From NCBI GenBank assembly GCA_039545335.1, contig BCIN01000010.1:329804-393803 (forward strand): a DNA stretch of 64,000 bases, read 5' to 3'. The translations under genes were made by a program, and so were the position numbers. The notes beneath the pieces were generated by a model. That model saw only the letters and a program-made list of their open reading frames with translations, searched no databases and was not told the origin of the DNA. The stretch is from Kondoa subrosea (lineage: Eukaryota). Numbering within the stretch: position 1 is the stretch's first letter; each line of letters starts with the position of its first letter. This document shows positions 50,513 through 64,000 of the stretch, piece after piece.

Positions 50513-53500
50513 ATGAGCGAATGGAAATTTGTCGGCGAGGCATGCGCACTGCCGACCCATGATGCACCTAGAGGATCAACACAGTTTAAAGCTCTCTCAG
50601 CCGCGTCGACTCCTCGTAAATCAGCATCAAGCAATACCACACCCCTTCGATCATCACGCGCTCGCGGCCTCGTCAATCTTGCTCATTACGAAGCCATAGA
50701 GCGTAGTACGGTCTCAGACGATGCAGATGTGGAGCGCTTCTCTTTGGGTGATGCTGTTTTTCTTGATCCGCAACTTGCGAAACGCGTCGTGGGAAATCAA
50801 CCCATTCTGATTCCGTTCAAAAGCATCAAGTCGACAGGCAAGAAGAGTAAAGGCAAGCGTCCAGAGACGGATGCAAGAGAAGGCATCGATGATGGGTTGG
50901 CGGAAGACGCTATGATTGGCTTAATCGTTGACATTTTTCAGAACGAGCGCGATCAACCGATGATCAAAGTACATTGGCTCTATAGACCCAAATTGGCACT
51001 AGCAACTTGGATCGAAGGAGCTCTGGAAAAACTTGAAATCCAAATCGACAACGTAGGTTCATGTACACAAGGTCCCCGTCTGATTCTTGCTGATGCATGC
51101 GTAACGTATAGAGAGAGCTCTTCTACGCCTCTGATCCGGATTGTTACTCTTTTGCGAACCAAGACACCAAAGCAAGCCCGACCAAAGGTCGAACACTTCG
51201 ACGAGACACGAAAGCTCAAGATGTAGTCTCTGTGGATCTTATCTTGTCTCACTGTCCTTTGTCCTCCTCTTCTTTGTCTTCTGACTCCAATGGCACTACT
51301 TTCCACGTCAAGCGAGCATGGAATCCTTCTCCGGAAGATGACTACTCATGGCTACCGGAAGTTGATTGGGAAGAAGTTCTGAATACAGGCAAGAGAACAG
51401 GACGATGGGAACTCAGGCTAGGAGAAATCTATGAACAGGAAGACGAAGCAGAGACGATGGACATCGAAACGCCCAAGAAGTCAGTCACAACTGCCGCGCA
51501 GAAGAAAATGGGCAAAGGGAAGTCAATGGACAAACTCAAAGCAGAACCCTTTGTACACAGTGCTTCTGACGAGAGCGAAAGTGAAGAAGATGGTTCACTT
51601 GCAGAGTCTGGGTCTGAAAGTGACTCTGTGAGCTTGACTAGATTTCGATATTAGGCGGCTAAAAGGTGTGGCTTTATAGGACTCTGAGCGTGAGGAAGAT
51701 ATACGCATTAGGCAGGAGGTCAATTACTCCGAGGAAGAGGAATCTAGTGCCGCTTCTGCTGTTTCAGATTCAGATCACGAACAAATGATGACACCACGAA
51801 AACGAAAGGCATCAGCGTACTCTGCTCATAATACACCTGGAATAGACAAGCGAATTAAACTCTCCGCTGCCGCTCAAAAGAAGCAAGAACAACTGTTACG
51901 GCGACGCAAAGAGCGGATTGCAGCTAGGGAAGCGAGACATGGGTCAGCCTAAGCTGCTAATCTTTGCCATCTGAGCTCAAAGTCTCTCACAGGCAACATT
52001 TGCAGCGCTTGAGACAGGCCAATTTTCAGCGGAAAGACATGACTCCATTCCAACACGCGCGATCGATATTGCACGTTGGAGCTACACCAGATCAATTGCC
52101 GTGTCGAGATGAAGAGTTTACCGAGATTGAAGCTTACTTGGAAGATGCTGTTGACGAAGGTACTGGCAGTTGTATTTGTGAGCGGCCTTGTCTGCCTATG
52201 CCAGCGATGCCAATCTCTACTCTCTAGATGTTGCTGGTGTTCCAGGTACAGGCAAGACTGCCACTGTTCGAAGTGTAGTCCAGAGCTTGCAGCAGAGGGT
52301 CGAGCAAGAGGTTAGTCGACGCTCGGTCTCTTCCGTCCTCAGATGATCACGTCGCTGGATGATCCAGGAGTTATCTGCTTTCAAGTTCATTGAGATCAAT
52401 GGCATGAAGCTAACGGAGCCGAACCAAGCTTTTCCTATGCTATGGGAATTCATATCCGGCGAGAAGGCCACGGCGCGAAACTCGCTTGCCCTGCTCGAGT
52501 CCTATTTCAAAACTCCCTCACCTGGGAGAGAAACCTGGTACGTCCATAATAAATAGACTACTGGCCACTACATTGATTCCAAAAATTCAGCGTTGTGTTG
52601 GTGGACGAGCTGGACCAGCTCGTAACGAAGAAGAACGATGTCATCTATAACTTTTTCAATTGGCCAAATCAACCCCATTCCAAGTTGATTGTCATTGCTA
52701 TAGCGAATACCATGGATCTGCCTGAGCGGTATTTATCTGGCAAGATCCGCAGTCGCCTCGGTAAGCTTATTGTCGATCGCTGTTTTGTTGTGCAGTCTTG
52801 ACTCTTGGCAAAGGCGCAAATCGAGTCAGCTTCACGCCATACACTCACAACCAGCTAAACGAAATCTTGCTCGCTCGACTGACGGGACTCGAAGTAATGG
52901 CAAAACCAGCAGTAGAATTCGTAGCGCGAACAGTCGCTAAGATAACGGGTGATGCTCGTCGAGCATTAGATATTTGTCGGTGCGTATCTGTCTTGTAGCT
53001 CGCGGGAGAAACCAGGCCGATTTGTTCCCAGTCGTGCGGTCGAGACCGTTGAAGTCGAAAACGATAGTCGTCGAGCACAGGGTCAGGAAGACCGGAAGGT
53101 GACGATAGCAGACATTCAGGCTATAATCAAGGAAATGAACTCTTCCGGTCCGAATTTATGGGTCCAACAAGCTTCGCTTCATCAACGCATTTTGCTGCTA
53201 GCGCTGTCTCGCTGCGTGAAGAAACAAGGACAGGATCAAATCAAATTTGGTGACGTGCGCTTGCATTTCACGAGCTTCTGCTGGAGAGTTGACACTTCGT
53301 CACAGTTGATCCAATGGCATTTGACCTTTCTACATCAAACGGGTATTCAGCCTATACCGAATCATGAACAGTTCTTCAGTATGCTGTCTGCACTTGCTGC
53401 AATGAAGCTAGTAACTACAGAGAGTAGCAAGCTGGATCAATATCAACGGGTGAAGCCTGATGTTAGAGATGAAGATTTGGAAATGGTACTGAAGCAGGAT

Positions 53501-53527
53501 TCGAGGTTGAAGAACTATGTGAAATAG
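50513..53527 (+). CDS. ORC1: Origin recognition complex subunit 1
   Basis: BAH-like region (FSLGDAVF..VHWLYRP), LPCRDEEF, Walker A GVPGTGKT, Walker B VDELD, IANTMDLPER and GDARRALDICR. Confidence 0.93.
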
Positions 53528-53614
53528 CCGTGTTATAATGTTCTGTGGCCGTCTATGACATGTCATGTAATGACCCTTATTAGTAATTCTCATTTCACAA
53601 CAACCGTTGCCATC

Positions 53615-55211
53615 ATGGGCGCTGAGGCGTCGGAAGGCAATCCTTCGACGAGCTATCCACCGCGCCCTGCAACAGCTTTGCCCAGCAACTCTGAGTCAAG
53701 TCCCATACAAGATCATCAAGCAGCACCGCAAGAGTCAGCAGTGACAGGCCCAGATGAACAGCCAGAGCAAGTAGCACCTGAAGAGGAAGAGCCTACAGCT
53801 CTTACGCCAGCTGCACAGGTTCGGCGGAATATCTTTTTGCGAGTCCTGCATCAGGTCAACTCCCTTGGGCTGTCGAGGCGAATTCTCTTTATTGGTCGCT
53901 CAATACTCACGTTGATCCAAATCCTCACCTTCATTGTCATCCTCTCGGTCACATCTACAAAACCTTGTGATCGTCCTTTACGAACTTATCTGGCTCTCTT
54001 CGTTGTTCGGCAGGCTTTATCTTATCCTCTCAGCTTGTACCAAGCTGTTCAACCTTCCCGTCCGAGTCGAAACAACAATGATGGAGAAGCTGCAGCCAGA
54101 TCTGAAGCGTCTCGCATCTTTGGTAATCCGCTACTAGACAAGCGAGTCAAAACTGCTAGCGATTTGAGCACAACCTTAGCTTTAGTGCTGTTTGTGCTCG
54201 GAAATTATTGGTTTTGGACGACATCGGCAGGTTCTGAAGGCTGCCAATCTACCAACTCACCTCTGTTTTGGGGATCATTGGCTGCGCTTTGCTTTGGTTA
54301 TGTCTATCTGGCGGAAGGTAATCTCATCTTAGCAAATTATGCAGAGCAAAGCAGCTCGCTGATGCACCCAGACAGTCGTTCTCATCGTCCTCGCGGTTGT
54401 CTTTTTCCTACCATTGACAATCATCGTTCTAAGAGCCTTTGGTGTCGGGGAGAAGAAACCGGATGTCGGTCCATTATCCCAGGCGGAAATTGACAAAATT
54501 CCTCTCGTTCTCTACATGCCCGGCCCCGAGGAAGCAGAGACGATGCCTTTGGCAGAAAAGGGAGAAACGGAGCATGTGGAAGGACAGTCTACCGTGCCAA
54601 CTCTGGCCGCACCTACACCAGCTGTATCTGCAGAGGTGAAGATAATTGTCAAAGCGAAGCAGAAGCAAATGAGGTTCAGTAGCTTATTCTTTAACAAGAA
54701 GAGCCGCAAGACAAATCCTAGTGTCGGTGAAATCTCCGGTGCAACGGGCGAATATGTTACAGGACCGCATCCTTACCACGCGCTTAATCAACACCACTCC
54801 ACGTGTCCGATCTGCTTGACAGGTGAATTCTCCTCCTTAGCAGCATTTAGATAAAGCTGATAGATTTATCGCACACAGACTTCGCAGAGCCTCCAAGAAT
54901 CGGGCAGAACATTGATCTGAGTACTGTGGAATGGGAACCGTTGCGATTGTTGAGTTGTGGACATTGTCTGCATAAAGTAAGCTTCTCGCTTTGTACTGCC
55001 AGTGATTATGATCTGAGATTGGATGAAGGACTGCTTGGATCCGTGGCTTGCTACTTCCGGCCGCTGTCCCCTCGATCAAAAACCAGTTTTGCCAGGGAAG
55101 GCCAAACGGAAGGAGCGATCAGACACGACAACTAGCACCAATTTGCCTCCGCCTACCTCCACTACGCAAACGACGATCAATGCTCAGGCAATCCATGGGT
55201 CACTTGTGTAG
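53615..55211 (+). CDS. Multi-pass membrane RING-H2 E3 ubiquitin ligase
   Basis: Several TM segments (CDRPLRTYL..LFVLGNYWFW) and a C-terminal CPICL..LRLLSCGHCLHK|DCLDPWLATSGRCPLD. Confidence 0.85.
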
Positions 55212-55304
55212 AGAAATTTTTAGTCTGCATGTTCATACCTATCCACATACATGGCTGTAATGACCTATTCATTGCGACGCCACAAGAGATGATACATTTG
55301 AGCT

Positions 55305-57586
55305 CTAAATTCTGGCTTTTACCCATTCTTCGAGCGACCCTGCCAGCCAAACCTCTTGCACGGATTTGCCAATGCTACCAACCTGATAAGTCTTCTCTTC
55401 ACCTCTCACGTTAACCTTCAATTGTCCGCTTGAGCTGTCAAGCTGTACATCCCATTTAGTCTGCACAGTCAGTTCACCGTTCTTGCCTCCGGAACCTCGT
55501 GCAGAGCTCTTTGCAAACTCTGCAGTCAAGTCGGATATCAATTCAGGGCTTTCGACGCAAATCAGACCATTGTTGATAGCGTTGCGCTTGAAAATGTCGC
55601 CAAAGGAGCCAGCGATAACCATGGGAATACCAGCATTTCTTAAGGCAGTTGCAGCCTGCTCTCTCGATGAACCAGTGCCAAAGTTGTAGCCGGAAGCGAG
55701 GAGAACCCCTTCACCGCTGCGACTGGTAAATGCATGACCGGGACTTGAAGGAGTCTTGCGCATAGACGAGACGAGGGAAGAGAAGGCTGGATCGTAGTTT
55801 TCCATGACTACCTCTGCCTGTCGCATTGCAGTGATATCATCTTGATAAGTATATTTGCCCGGATAGAGTGCATCGGTGTTCAGGTTGTCTTGTGGAGCAA
55901 AAAGAATAGTGCCTGAGAAACTTTGCGGGAAAGAAGGCAGCACTTCGGCTATACTGTTGTTAGTGGTCGTACTTGAAGCAGGAGGAGCGTTGATCTGAAT
56001 AGTTGTAGAAGGTATTCTCGAAGTAGCAGCTTGCCCCGGTCCAACAATCTGCCCCGCCAGAGCGCTTGCAGCGACAACAGCAGGACTAGCCAAGTAGGCT
56101 TGAGCATTGGGACTACCCATTCGGCCTTTGTAATTCCGATTGGTAGCAGAGATTCCTACTTCTCCGTCTTTGAGCAAGCCGGTGCCTAATCCGATACAAG
56201 GACCACATCCAGCTGGCAGAGTTTTCGCTCCGGCAGCAACGAGAGCAGCCCAATCTCCGCTTGCTTCCGCCTCTTCTTGAACTACGCTGCTAGCTGCCGC
56301 AACGTAGAATTCAACCTTGGAATCAATCTTCTTCCCTCTGACAACATCTGCTGCTGCTTTGAGGTCGGATGCACGAGAATTTGTACAAGATACAAGATAT
56401 GCTTTCTGTATAGGAATATGTCGGTCCGCTAAGTCTGGCAGAGGTGTTGCGATCTTGACGCTGTTTGGTCCGGACACATAGGGAACGAGAGTTGAGAGGT
56501 CCAGTGCCAACACTTTTGAATAGTAGGCGTCAGAGTCAGCCATGACAGGAGAGTCGATGAGAGCATCAAGACGTTTCTTGTTCAAGCGAGGGTGCGACGC
56601 AGCTCGAGAAGGAGAACTGCCAATGCGACCTTCTCGTTCCAATTTGGCTAGCAATTGGTCGTACCATTTAAGTAAGACGTCGTCTACGGCAAAAACACCT
56701 GCAAGGGCGCCCCATTCGGTGGTCATGTTGGCACTGCAAGAAGTGGTCAGATCGATTCTGTATCAGGAACCCGGTTGACAGCTCACATTGCTAGACGCTC
56801 GTCTATTGACAAAGAAGCAGCGCCTTCTCCCACGAATTCAATAGCACAATTTAGTACTTCATCCTTATTGAAGTTTCCGCATAGAGCAACAATCACATCT
56901 TTGCCCGTTACACCTGGCGATAGTTGACCTTTTAGTTCCACTTTGACGATCTTGGGCACCTGCCACCAGGTTCTATCTGTTGCCCATATTGAAGCTGCAT
57001 CGGTTCGCACAACAGGTGTTCCAACACATCCCACACCTCCGTACATGTTGCTGTGCGAATCGCTGGCAACCACCAATGTGTTGGGAAAAGCATATCCCTC
57101 TTCCAACATGACTTGATGGCCTATACCCCGTCCAGCAGGATAGAAATCCACTTGCTGTTCATGCGCCCAAGCTTCTATCCTTGCGTATTTGGCCAAATTT
57201 TTGGCATCCTTGTTTTGGATATCTGTCAAGGTACTCCCACAATGAAATTCGTATCTTATAGTCCAAAGCGCTAAGAACTGACCGTGATCTAAGGTGAAAA
57301 CAGCTTGACGGGCATTCTTAATTTTCTTTGCTCCAATGGACTTGAATTTGGCAAGTACCGGTGCTGTATTGTCGTGTGTCATAACATGAGCAGGTCTGAT
57401 TGTAACGAAATCGCCAGCTCGAACTTTCTGACTTGGCGGTAAATCCACTGCATGTTGATTCACGATCTTCTCTATCAGCGTTTGAGCTTGAGGATTGAAA
57501 GCAGAGGCGTGTGTCGATGTATGCGTAGCGAATGATCTTTTGGGCAGACCGCATAGACAGCCTGGTAGCCGGCGAATTACTTTCAT
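55305..57586 (-). CDS. LYS4: Mitochondrial homoaconitase
   Basis: [56 protein letters not shown] and [13 protein letters not shown] motifs. Confidence 0.96.
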
Positions 57587-57788
57587 GCTATTTTGTCCGA
57601 AGTTTGAATGGCTTCAGAACAGAGATATGGTGCAGCTGTCTTTATGGTATTGTGTCTTTGGGTATAAGTCTGGTGTGATATGCCACTCTAATGATTCTGC
57701 AAGACTGAATCGCGATAACCGGAAGACAGCGCAATATTAATATACAAGTATTAATGGTCAAGCTCGGTCCGTCATCTCCAGAGTGCTA

Positions 57789-58789
57789 ATGAAGAACGAG
57801 GGATCGCTGCGCACCCCTCTAACGAAGATCCTAGCTGGTAAACGAGTCATCTTGGCCTCTGCTTCCCCTCGTCGAGCTCAGATCCTTAGCGACATCCTTG
57901 TGCGCTTTGACTGTGCTCTGAGTTTCTCGTCTTCTCATTTCATTATCCTGTAGGGCTTCCAACCAGAAATCGTTCCATCTACATTCGAAGAGGATCTTGG
58001 TCATGGAGAGTTCGCTGCAGATCTGGGAGCTTATGCTTCGGCTACAGCTGAGGAGAAAGGCATTCAGGTTTATAAAGCACTCGTGGAACAATCTTTAGAT
58101 GGGAACACTGAAGCACCAGATCTCGTGATATCGGCGGATACAGTGGTTGTGACATCCGATGATTCAGTTGCGGAGCAACACATCTTAGAGAAGCCTTCCA
58201 CTGCAGCTGAAAACTTAAGGATGTTGGAGGAGCTGAACGGCAAGGTAAGCATTCAGAGTTAGCTGCTGGAGAAGATGTATAGCTGAGAACTCTGACCCCA
58301 TTGTTTAGAAACACATCGTCTACACAGCTGTATGTTTGGTGTACCCTGTTCTGCATAATCCTGGTTACGAAGCAAAAGGCCTTTTGGAGCATACGAATGT
58401 ATAGTGCGGCACCGGTTCACCTTGTGCTCTTATATTGATCTCGTATCAGTTTCAATGACAATTCTCAAGAAATACTCGAAGCATATGTTGCATCAGGTGA
58501 AGGGCTTGACCGAGCAGGTGGTTTTGCCATTCAACAGAGTAGGTTCCAATGGTTTTTCCTTCCGCACAAGTCGAGCTACAGCTTACTGACTGCTATAGAG
58601 GGAGGTGTTTTAGTACAAAGGATCGACGGAGATTACAACACTGTAGTTGGTTTTCCTGCTTCCGCTTTCCATCGATGGCTTTCAGAGATGCTTGAAAAGT
58701 AAGTCATATGAGCTCAACATTATACATCGATTTTGGTCTGAATTGTCGTTTTGCGGGGAAACAGTGACGAGATATCACTAGATTTGTAG
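57789..58789 (+). CDS. Maf-like nucleoside triphosphate pyrophosphatase
   Basis: KRVILASASPRR, PSTFEEDL, LVISADTVV, ILEKP, DRAGG and IDGDYNTVVGFP motifs. Confidence 0.9.
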
Positions 58790-58843
58790 ATACTCCGCAT
58801 TCATTTTTGTACAGTACATTCCCACTATTGCATGAACCCCAAA

Positions 58844-59815
58844 TTATCTGCGATTTCCGTATACCGGTGAAGGTCTTCTTCCACCTTGTCGCCTGAGAGG
58901 AGGACTAGCGCTTCTGGATGGTGATCTGACTCTTCTCCTAGGTGGTGAGCGAGATCGAGAGCGAGAGCTTGAAGCTGCTCTGCGTCTAGGTGCTGTTCAC
59001 AGAAGGGCGTCAGTTTTGTCGAAGGATACTACGACAAATGTGTGTTTGCCTACGTGAACGAGAGCGACGAGGGCCACCACGCCTTGGTGGACTAATGCCT
59101 CTCCTGGCAGGGGCTGGACCTCTGCCAGCTCCTCTTCTAGGGCTTGGGCTTCTACTCTTCCTTTCCAATTCCACTGCTACCAAAGACCCATCAATTTGCC
59201 CACGGTCCATATGACTGATTGCTTTTTGAGCTGCAGCCGAGGTGTGGTAAATGACCGTAGCTGTTCCTCTGTGCATACCAGATCGAGCATCAAGCGGTAA
59301 AAGAACTTTTCGGATATCGCCATAAGCTGAAAAGATTTCGTTGATGTGCGATTCTTTGACGTTCTTGGTTAGATGTCGGACCACTACAGTGTCGCTTTCG
59401 TTGCGACGAGGAGGTGAACGAGACCGCCTGTCAAAACGGAAGCAAAGCTATGAATTTGAGTCTTTGCTCTCAGCTTAGAGGAGACTGACGATCTCGAGCG
59501 AGAAGGTGAGAGTGATCGTGAGTAGCTGCGAGCTCTTCTGCGAGGAGGAGACCGAGAGCGGCTGTTGCATTAGTTTTTTAAGTGAAGCCTCATGTGGAAA
59601 GTAAGCGAGAGACGAACGAATAAGAGCGAGATCTACATGTCCATACAAAGATCAGCCTTGTAGCTGACTCCACAGGGAGATATCACTGACCTAGAGCTAC
59701 GACTTCTACTTCTGGCTGTAGGTCGACCTCTTGATTCTCCTTTGGGCGGTGGAGTGATTGACATTGAGCGAGACCGAGACCGTCCTCGTGATTCGCTGCG
59801 TGCTCTGCCACCCAT
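58844..59815 (-). CDS. RS-rich single-RRM protein, RNPS1-like
   Basis: RS repeats flank VVRHLTKNVKESHINEIFSAYG..HRGTA..AISHMDRGQIDG. Confidence 0.8.
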
Positions 59816-59982
59816 AGTGTGTGCAAATTTTTAACAAGTGAGTCGTAGAACAGTGTCGAGAATCTCGAGATGTCCGTCTGATTTCGTCTGAAATTGCCAT
59901 TGCTCAGGGTCCCGCTACATTATGACGAAAGTTATAACCTTGCACCAAGCTATTAACACTACAAAGTTGATACTAAAATCCT

Positions 59983-60524
59983 TCAATGCCCCGAATCTCC
60001 AGCTGTACTGCTTTCCGGCTGATCCCTGATACCCATCTACGCAATGCGATGAGCTTCTCTCTAACACACAAGAGAGAGAGAGATCTCAAATATGAGCTTA
60101 CTTTGCCGCTTGTAAATTGCTGAGACCACTATAAACATTGCAATCAGATCATTGCACGAACGATATACTACAGGAAATAGAGCTGACCATCATTGAAGGG
60201 ATCCATTTCGATGGCTCTCTGCTTCTCACTTCCTTGCTTGCACTGAGATTCCAGATAGCCCAAGTCAGACCTGCTATTCCGAGCGAGACGATTGCAGTAT
60301 TGGCTTTCCAGGTGCTTGACGGTCGAGTCCACCATCCTCCAGAAGGCGACCATACTTCTTTAGGGTCTGAAAGCAGCAACCAGCTCAGAGGCATAAAGCT
60401 GCAATAAAGTAATTTGGTTTACAGGGATATCTGGCTCCTCCAGAGCTCGCAATCCTCGAAGGTCTCTGTACAAGAGAGGTCAGATTCCACAGACATCGTG
60501 TAGCTCTCCATTGAAGCTTACCAT
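59983..60524 (-). CDS. Small conserved single-TM fungal protein (probably mitochondrial)
   Basis: M|RPSRIASSGGARYP|YPKEVWSPSGGWWTRPSSTWKANTAIV..WIPSMM|WSQQF. Confidence 0.75.
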
Positions 60525-60590
60525 GTTTCCGGCTCGTTGACTTACTCCAAGCTCTGTTTCCACAATAATGCTTGTCTTGAGCTACGAAAT

Positions 60591-61269
60591 ATGAAAGCGA
60601 GTTTGACGCTTTTTGGCAAGATCAATGCGAATATAACACAGCGCAAATTACCAGTTACCTTCACCGGCGTCCGATTACTGGAAAATGCTAAAGTTACTCA
60701 TGGTTGGCTCAAGCACTCTGTCCGCTTCCACATAGAGGCTCATACTTTGGACAGGAAACAACGTTCCAGACTCGAAGCACAAGACAAGAAGGAATTGGAT
60801 ACCGAATTATGCCTATGTACGAAATTTCCCCCTGACGAGTGGTTTGGTAGTCATCTCATGTCTTTCTTTCCTTGTTGTTTGCTTGCAGAAACGTCTTTTC
60901 TCTGCTTCTCTCAATCGATACTTCAAATGCATGATTACCTCTTCAGTATCTCGCAATATCTTGAAAGCAGGTGGTTTAGATCCTTACCTCTTTCGACAAC
61001 CTGTAGAATCTCTCGAAAGCAAAGCTCTTTGGTTGAGAGAATCAGTAAAGAACGCGCATCGCTTGAGATTAGCAAGAGGGCTGCCAGCAAGTCCGCCTAT
61101 AGAGAAGCGAAGGATATTGAACAAAACGGAACCTTGGTCGAGGGAGACGGTGGAAGCAAAACGATTAGAGAATCAAGCCAAGAGAGAAAGCAGGCGATCA
61201 GCTGCTACTACTGCTACGGTGAAGCTGGATTCAGGTGTTACGATGGAAGGGCAACGGCAGTCAATATAG
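60591..61269 (+). CDS. MRPL24: Mitochondrial ribosomal protein bL28m
   Basis: GNNVPDSKHKTRRNWIPN..KRLFSASL..ILKAGGLDPYL. Confidence 0.85.
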
Positions 61270-61439
61270 GAAAGCTGGTCCACTGCACATGATTGAATAC
61301 ATTGTATATATGCATGCAACACAAACATTTGCGAACCTACCGCACTAGAGATCAGACATACCAGCATATACTCCGACAGGGCTTCGCGTCCCAAAATAGG
61401 ATTGAGCACGCTTAGGCTTATCCACTTGCAGCCGTCCGT

Positions 61440-62415
61440 ATGGGTGTCGTTCTCTCCATCTCTTCGCTATCGGTCCTTCCCGCTCTAGCTTCCTACTTCT
61501 TGATCTTGTTACAGAGCGCAAATGAACCTGCTCAGACATCGAACACACTTTGGGTGATAGCGCATCGTTTGTTTCTCTGCGTACTTTGTGCTCTCCGCCC
61601 CTCGCTTAATGATTTGCGTGCAGCGGATGACGAAAGCTTGTTCTTCTCGCCTTCTATCCTGGCTTCTTCGAGCACAAGCAGACATCTCTTGAGTCTTTCT
61701 ATTGGTTTGCGAGACTTGTGCACACATCACATGGCAAAGCTGACTGTTCGTAGGTGATAATGATGGCTTGGGCTCTACGCGGCAAGAGGAATTTGTGAAG
61801 TCGTGTAGTTCTCTGGGAATAGCACAGCAGAATTGTGTCGCTGTAAATGATACGTACGTCTACTTCCTTCTGGGCATTCTACGCATGCTTCTATGTACTG
61901 AAATGCTTTCAGACGTGTACCAGACTCTATGACTGCCGTTTGGCAACCTGAAGATATCTATGAGCTGGTCAAGCCCTACATCGAGGAATGGGATATCTCA
62001 ACAGTGTGTGGTACAAACATGGCGCTGTCAGAATGCTTATCATGGCTAACAGATCGTCACCTTCGATGAGTACGGGATTTCAGGTCACCCGAACCATAAA
62101 GCGCTATACAATGCTCTGCCTTTGACGAATACCGACCTCAAAGTCTGCTATCTCAAGTCTACAAGCATCTCTGGCAAATTCTCGCACATCCTCTCTCTAC
62201 CCTATCTACTGATTGGAAGTGCATTCGACCAAGATATTTCATTATTTGTTTCTTCCCCTACGCAATATCGACAGGCTATCGAAAGCTTTCAAGCACACAA
62301 ATCTCAGCACAATTGGTTCCGCTATGCCTATGTAGCGTTCTCGAGGTATATGTGGATTAATCAAGTGAGTTGTAAAGCAACAAAGGAAAACACAAGAATC
62401 AAGGAAGAATTATAA
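61440..62415 (+). CDS. GPI12: GlcNAc-PI de-N-acetylase (PIG-L)
   Basis: N-terminal TM segment, VIAH|xDDESLFFSPSI, GLGSTRQEE and VTFDEYGISGHPNH. Confidence 0.9.
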
Positions 62416-62468
62416 ATGTTATCCGGTTTATCGCTATGTTTTTGTATGCCGTTTACTTATGAAACATA

Positions 62469-63318
62469 TCATCGCGAAGAATGCACAGCCAGTATGCATG
62501 CAAATGCTGCAATGATGAGCCTGCGCTGGATCGTTTAATGTGGGTATCTTCTCACAGCAGCCAGACTTACGAGCCGATTAAAAGAGAAGAGCTGATGACC
62601 GCACGCCGAGCAGGCACGAATGCACCTCTAGCCAAAGACGATTGTACGATAAAGAACCTTGCAGAGCCTATCGATTTTATCAGCTAATGACAAAAGACAA
62701 AAGCTAAACATACCGAAGATCATGACTAGAATCCCGAGCAGAATGAAAGTAGCCCCTATAGGTTTGCCTAAGTGATTGTACTGATTCCGCTCTGTCGACA
62801 TGGCCATGTATAAGGCTGCGATACGTTCTTCTTGCGATGCGATTTGTCGCTGCAAGCTTTCGAGACTAACATCCTCGATTGCTTGCCTCTTGCCCAGACT
62901 TGGAGAAGTCGATTCAGCAGAGACAGAACCAGAAGACAGGCGGAACAGCTGAGTAACTGCTATGCCTATAGAAGCTGTACTTTCGTTGAGAAACATGAAG
63001 AGATACTGGGCACCACCACAACTTACCAAGCGAAAGAGACGTTCGCAGATATCCGAGAAAGGTGCGTTCGTTTGCTAGATGGCTACAAAGCAAGCACAAC
63101 CATAAACACGAGCTCTTGAGGGGCTCGAAGCACTTTGAACGCACTCTCTATATGCGCAGCTTGAGTTCAAGCCAGAAATGCATAACACCAAAAGAGCTCG
63201 AAGATGCTCACCGAGCAGCAGATCCCTTGTTCTCTATCTCTATCGAAGCCTGAAACCACCATCGCCGGGGAGGAGGTGCTGGCGACGGTGATGCAGGCTC
63301 TTCATTTTCATTTTGCAT
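62469..63318 (-). CDS. DUF202 (YidH-like) membrane protein
   Basis: IENKGSAAR..HLANERTFLGYLRTSLSL..IGIAVTQLFRL..KPIGATFILLGI. Confidence 0.8.
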
Positions 63319-63499
63319 CAATGGCTCAGCAGAAGAAGGTATCGCAGTGCTTCAGGTGGAATGGCATGCAAAGTCGACGTCGACGGACACGAATATTAGT
63401 GGGTCGCAGGCTATCGCGATGTATTATACAAATCCGAGCACAGTCCGTTATATCGTTCTAGCAGCAATCAAGGCGTTTCGGATACAAATGCTGTTTGAT

Positions 63500-64000
63500 A
63501 AAGAATCGGAAATACTCTGCGGGATAGAGTAAGGCACTTACAGACTTCATTGAAAAGCTGTCCTTGCATCGTAATCGACTTTGCTTCTTGTCCGTTCATG
63601 GCAGGGACCGAGATGTTTGCCTCTGCTGCATTCGACCACTATACAAAGATGGTCAGAGAATCACCATCATTTGCAAATAGCTTTGCGAACCTGATAGATA
63701 TATGGCTTTGCGCCAGCAACGACGTTGACGACCTTCTTGATGATATACGGAATCTCTGCCATAACATCCACCTTTTCGATCAAGCCTTTGGTGCCTTGAT
63801 AGCCTGGCGCCTTGGATCCTTCGGCCAATGCCAGGTCAATACTCGCTGTCACATTTCCCGCAGAGCCGATAGCAGGACCAGTCCAGTAGTACTTGATTTT
63901 GCCTGGCGCGTTGTAAGTCGTATCCTTGTCCAACACGAGATCTTGATGTTCTGCTTTTGATCCGCTTGGTAAACCTGATCCACCGAGAGTGACAGCAACT
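63500..64000 (-). CDS. SVF1: Svf1-like survival factor, 3' part
   Basis: GLIEKVDVMAEIPYIIKKVVNVVAGAKPYIYQ..GQLFNE; gene continues beyond the window. Confidence 0.8.

Overview
This is eukaryotic (fungal) genomic DNA with short GT-AG introns and very small intergenic gaps. The protein sequences suggest a basidiomycete yeast, probably Pucciniomycotina (inference). Two gene-dense blocks flank one gene-free block. Left block (1-11.7 kb): Pho4-like bHLH, CUE2/Smr, DCR2-like phosphoesterase, ERG13 and HET-C. Right block (25.8-64 kb): pyridoxal kinase, NOP12, NUD1/Cdc11, SNT1, STR2, YCG1, TPT1, DAM1, BFR1, NHP2, an HNH-like protein, ORC1, a RING E3, LYS4, Maf, an RNPS1-like protein, a small TM protein, MRPL24, GPI12, DUF202 and SVF1. 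The middle ~14 kb (11.8-25.8 kb) contains no intact cellular gene that I can recognise. It holds nested, decayed Ty1/copia relics, three families of short LTR-like repeats, and decayed intron-containing host genes, including an amino-acid permease pseudogene. One repeat family is a ~142-bp TG..CA element present in five near-complete copies with an internal palindrome. The best interpretation is a regional, retroelement-marked centromere that may have spread over former genes, but this cannot be proven from sequence alone. Exon boundaries were read by eye and are approximate.
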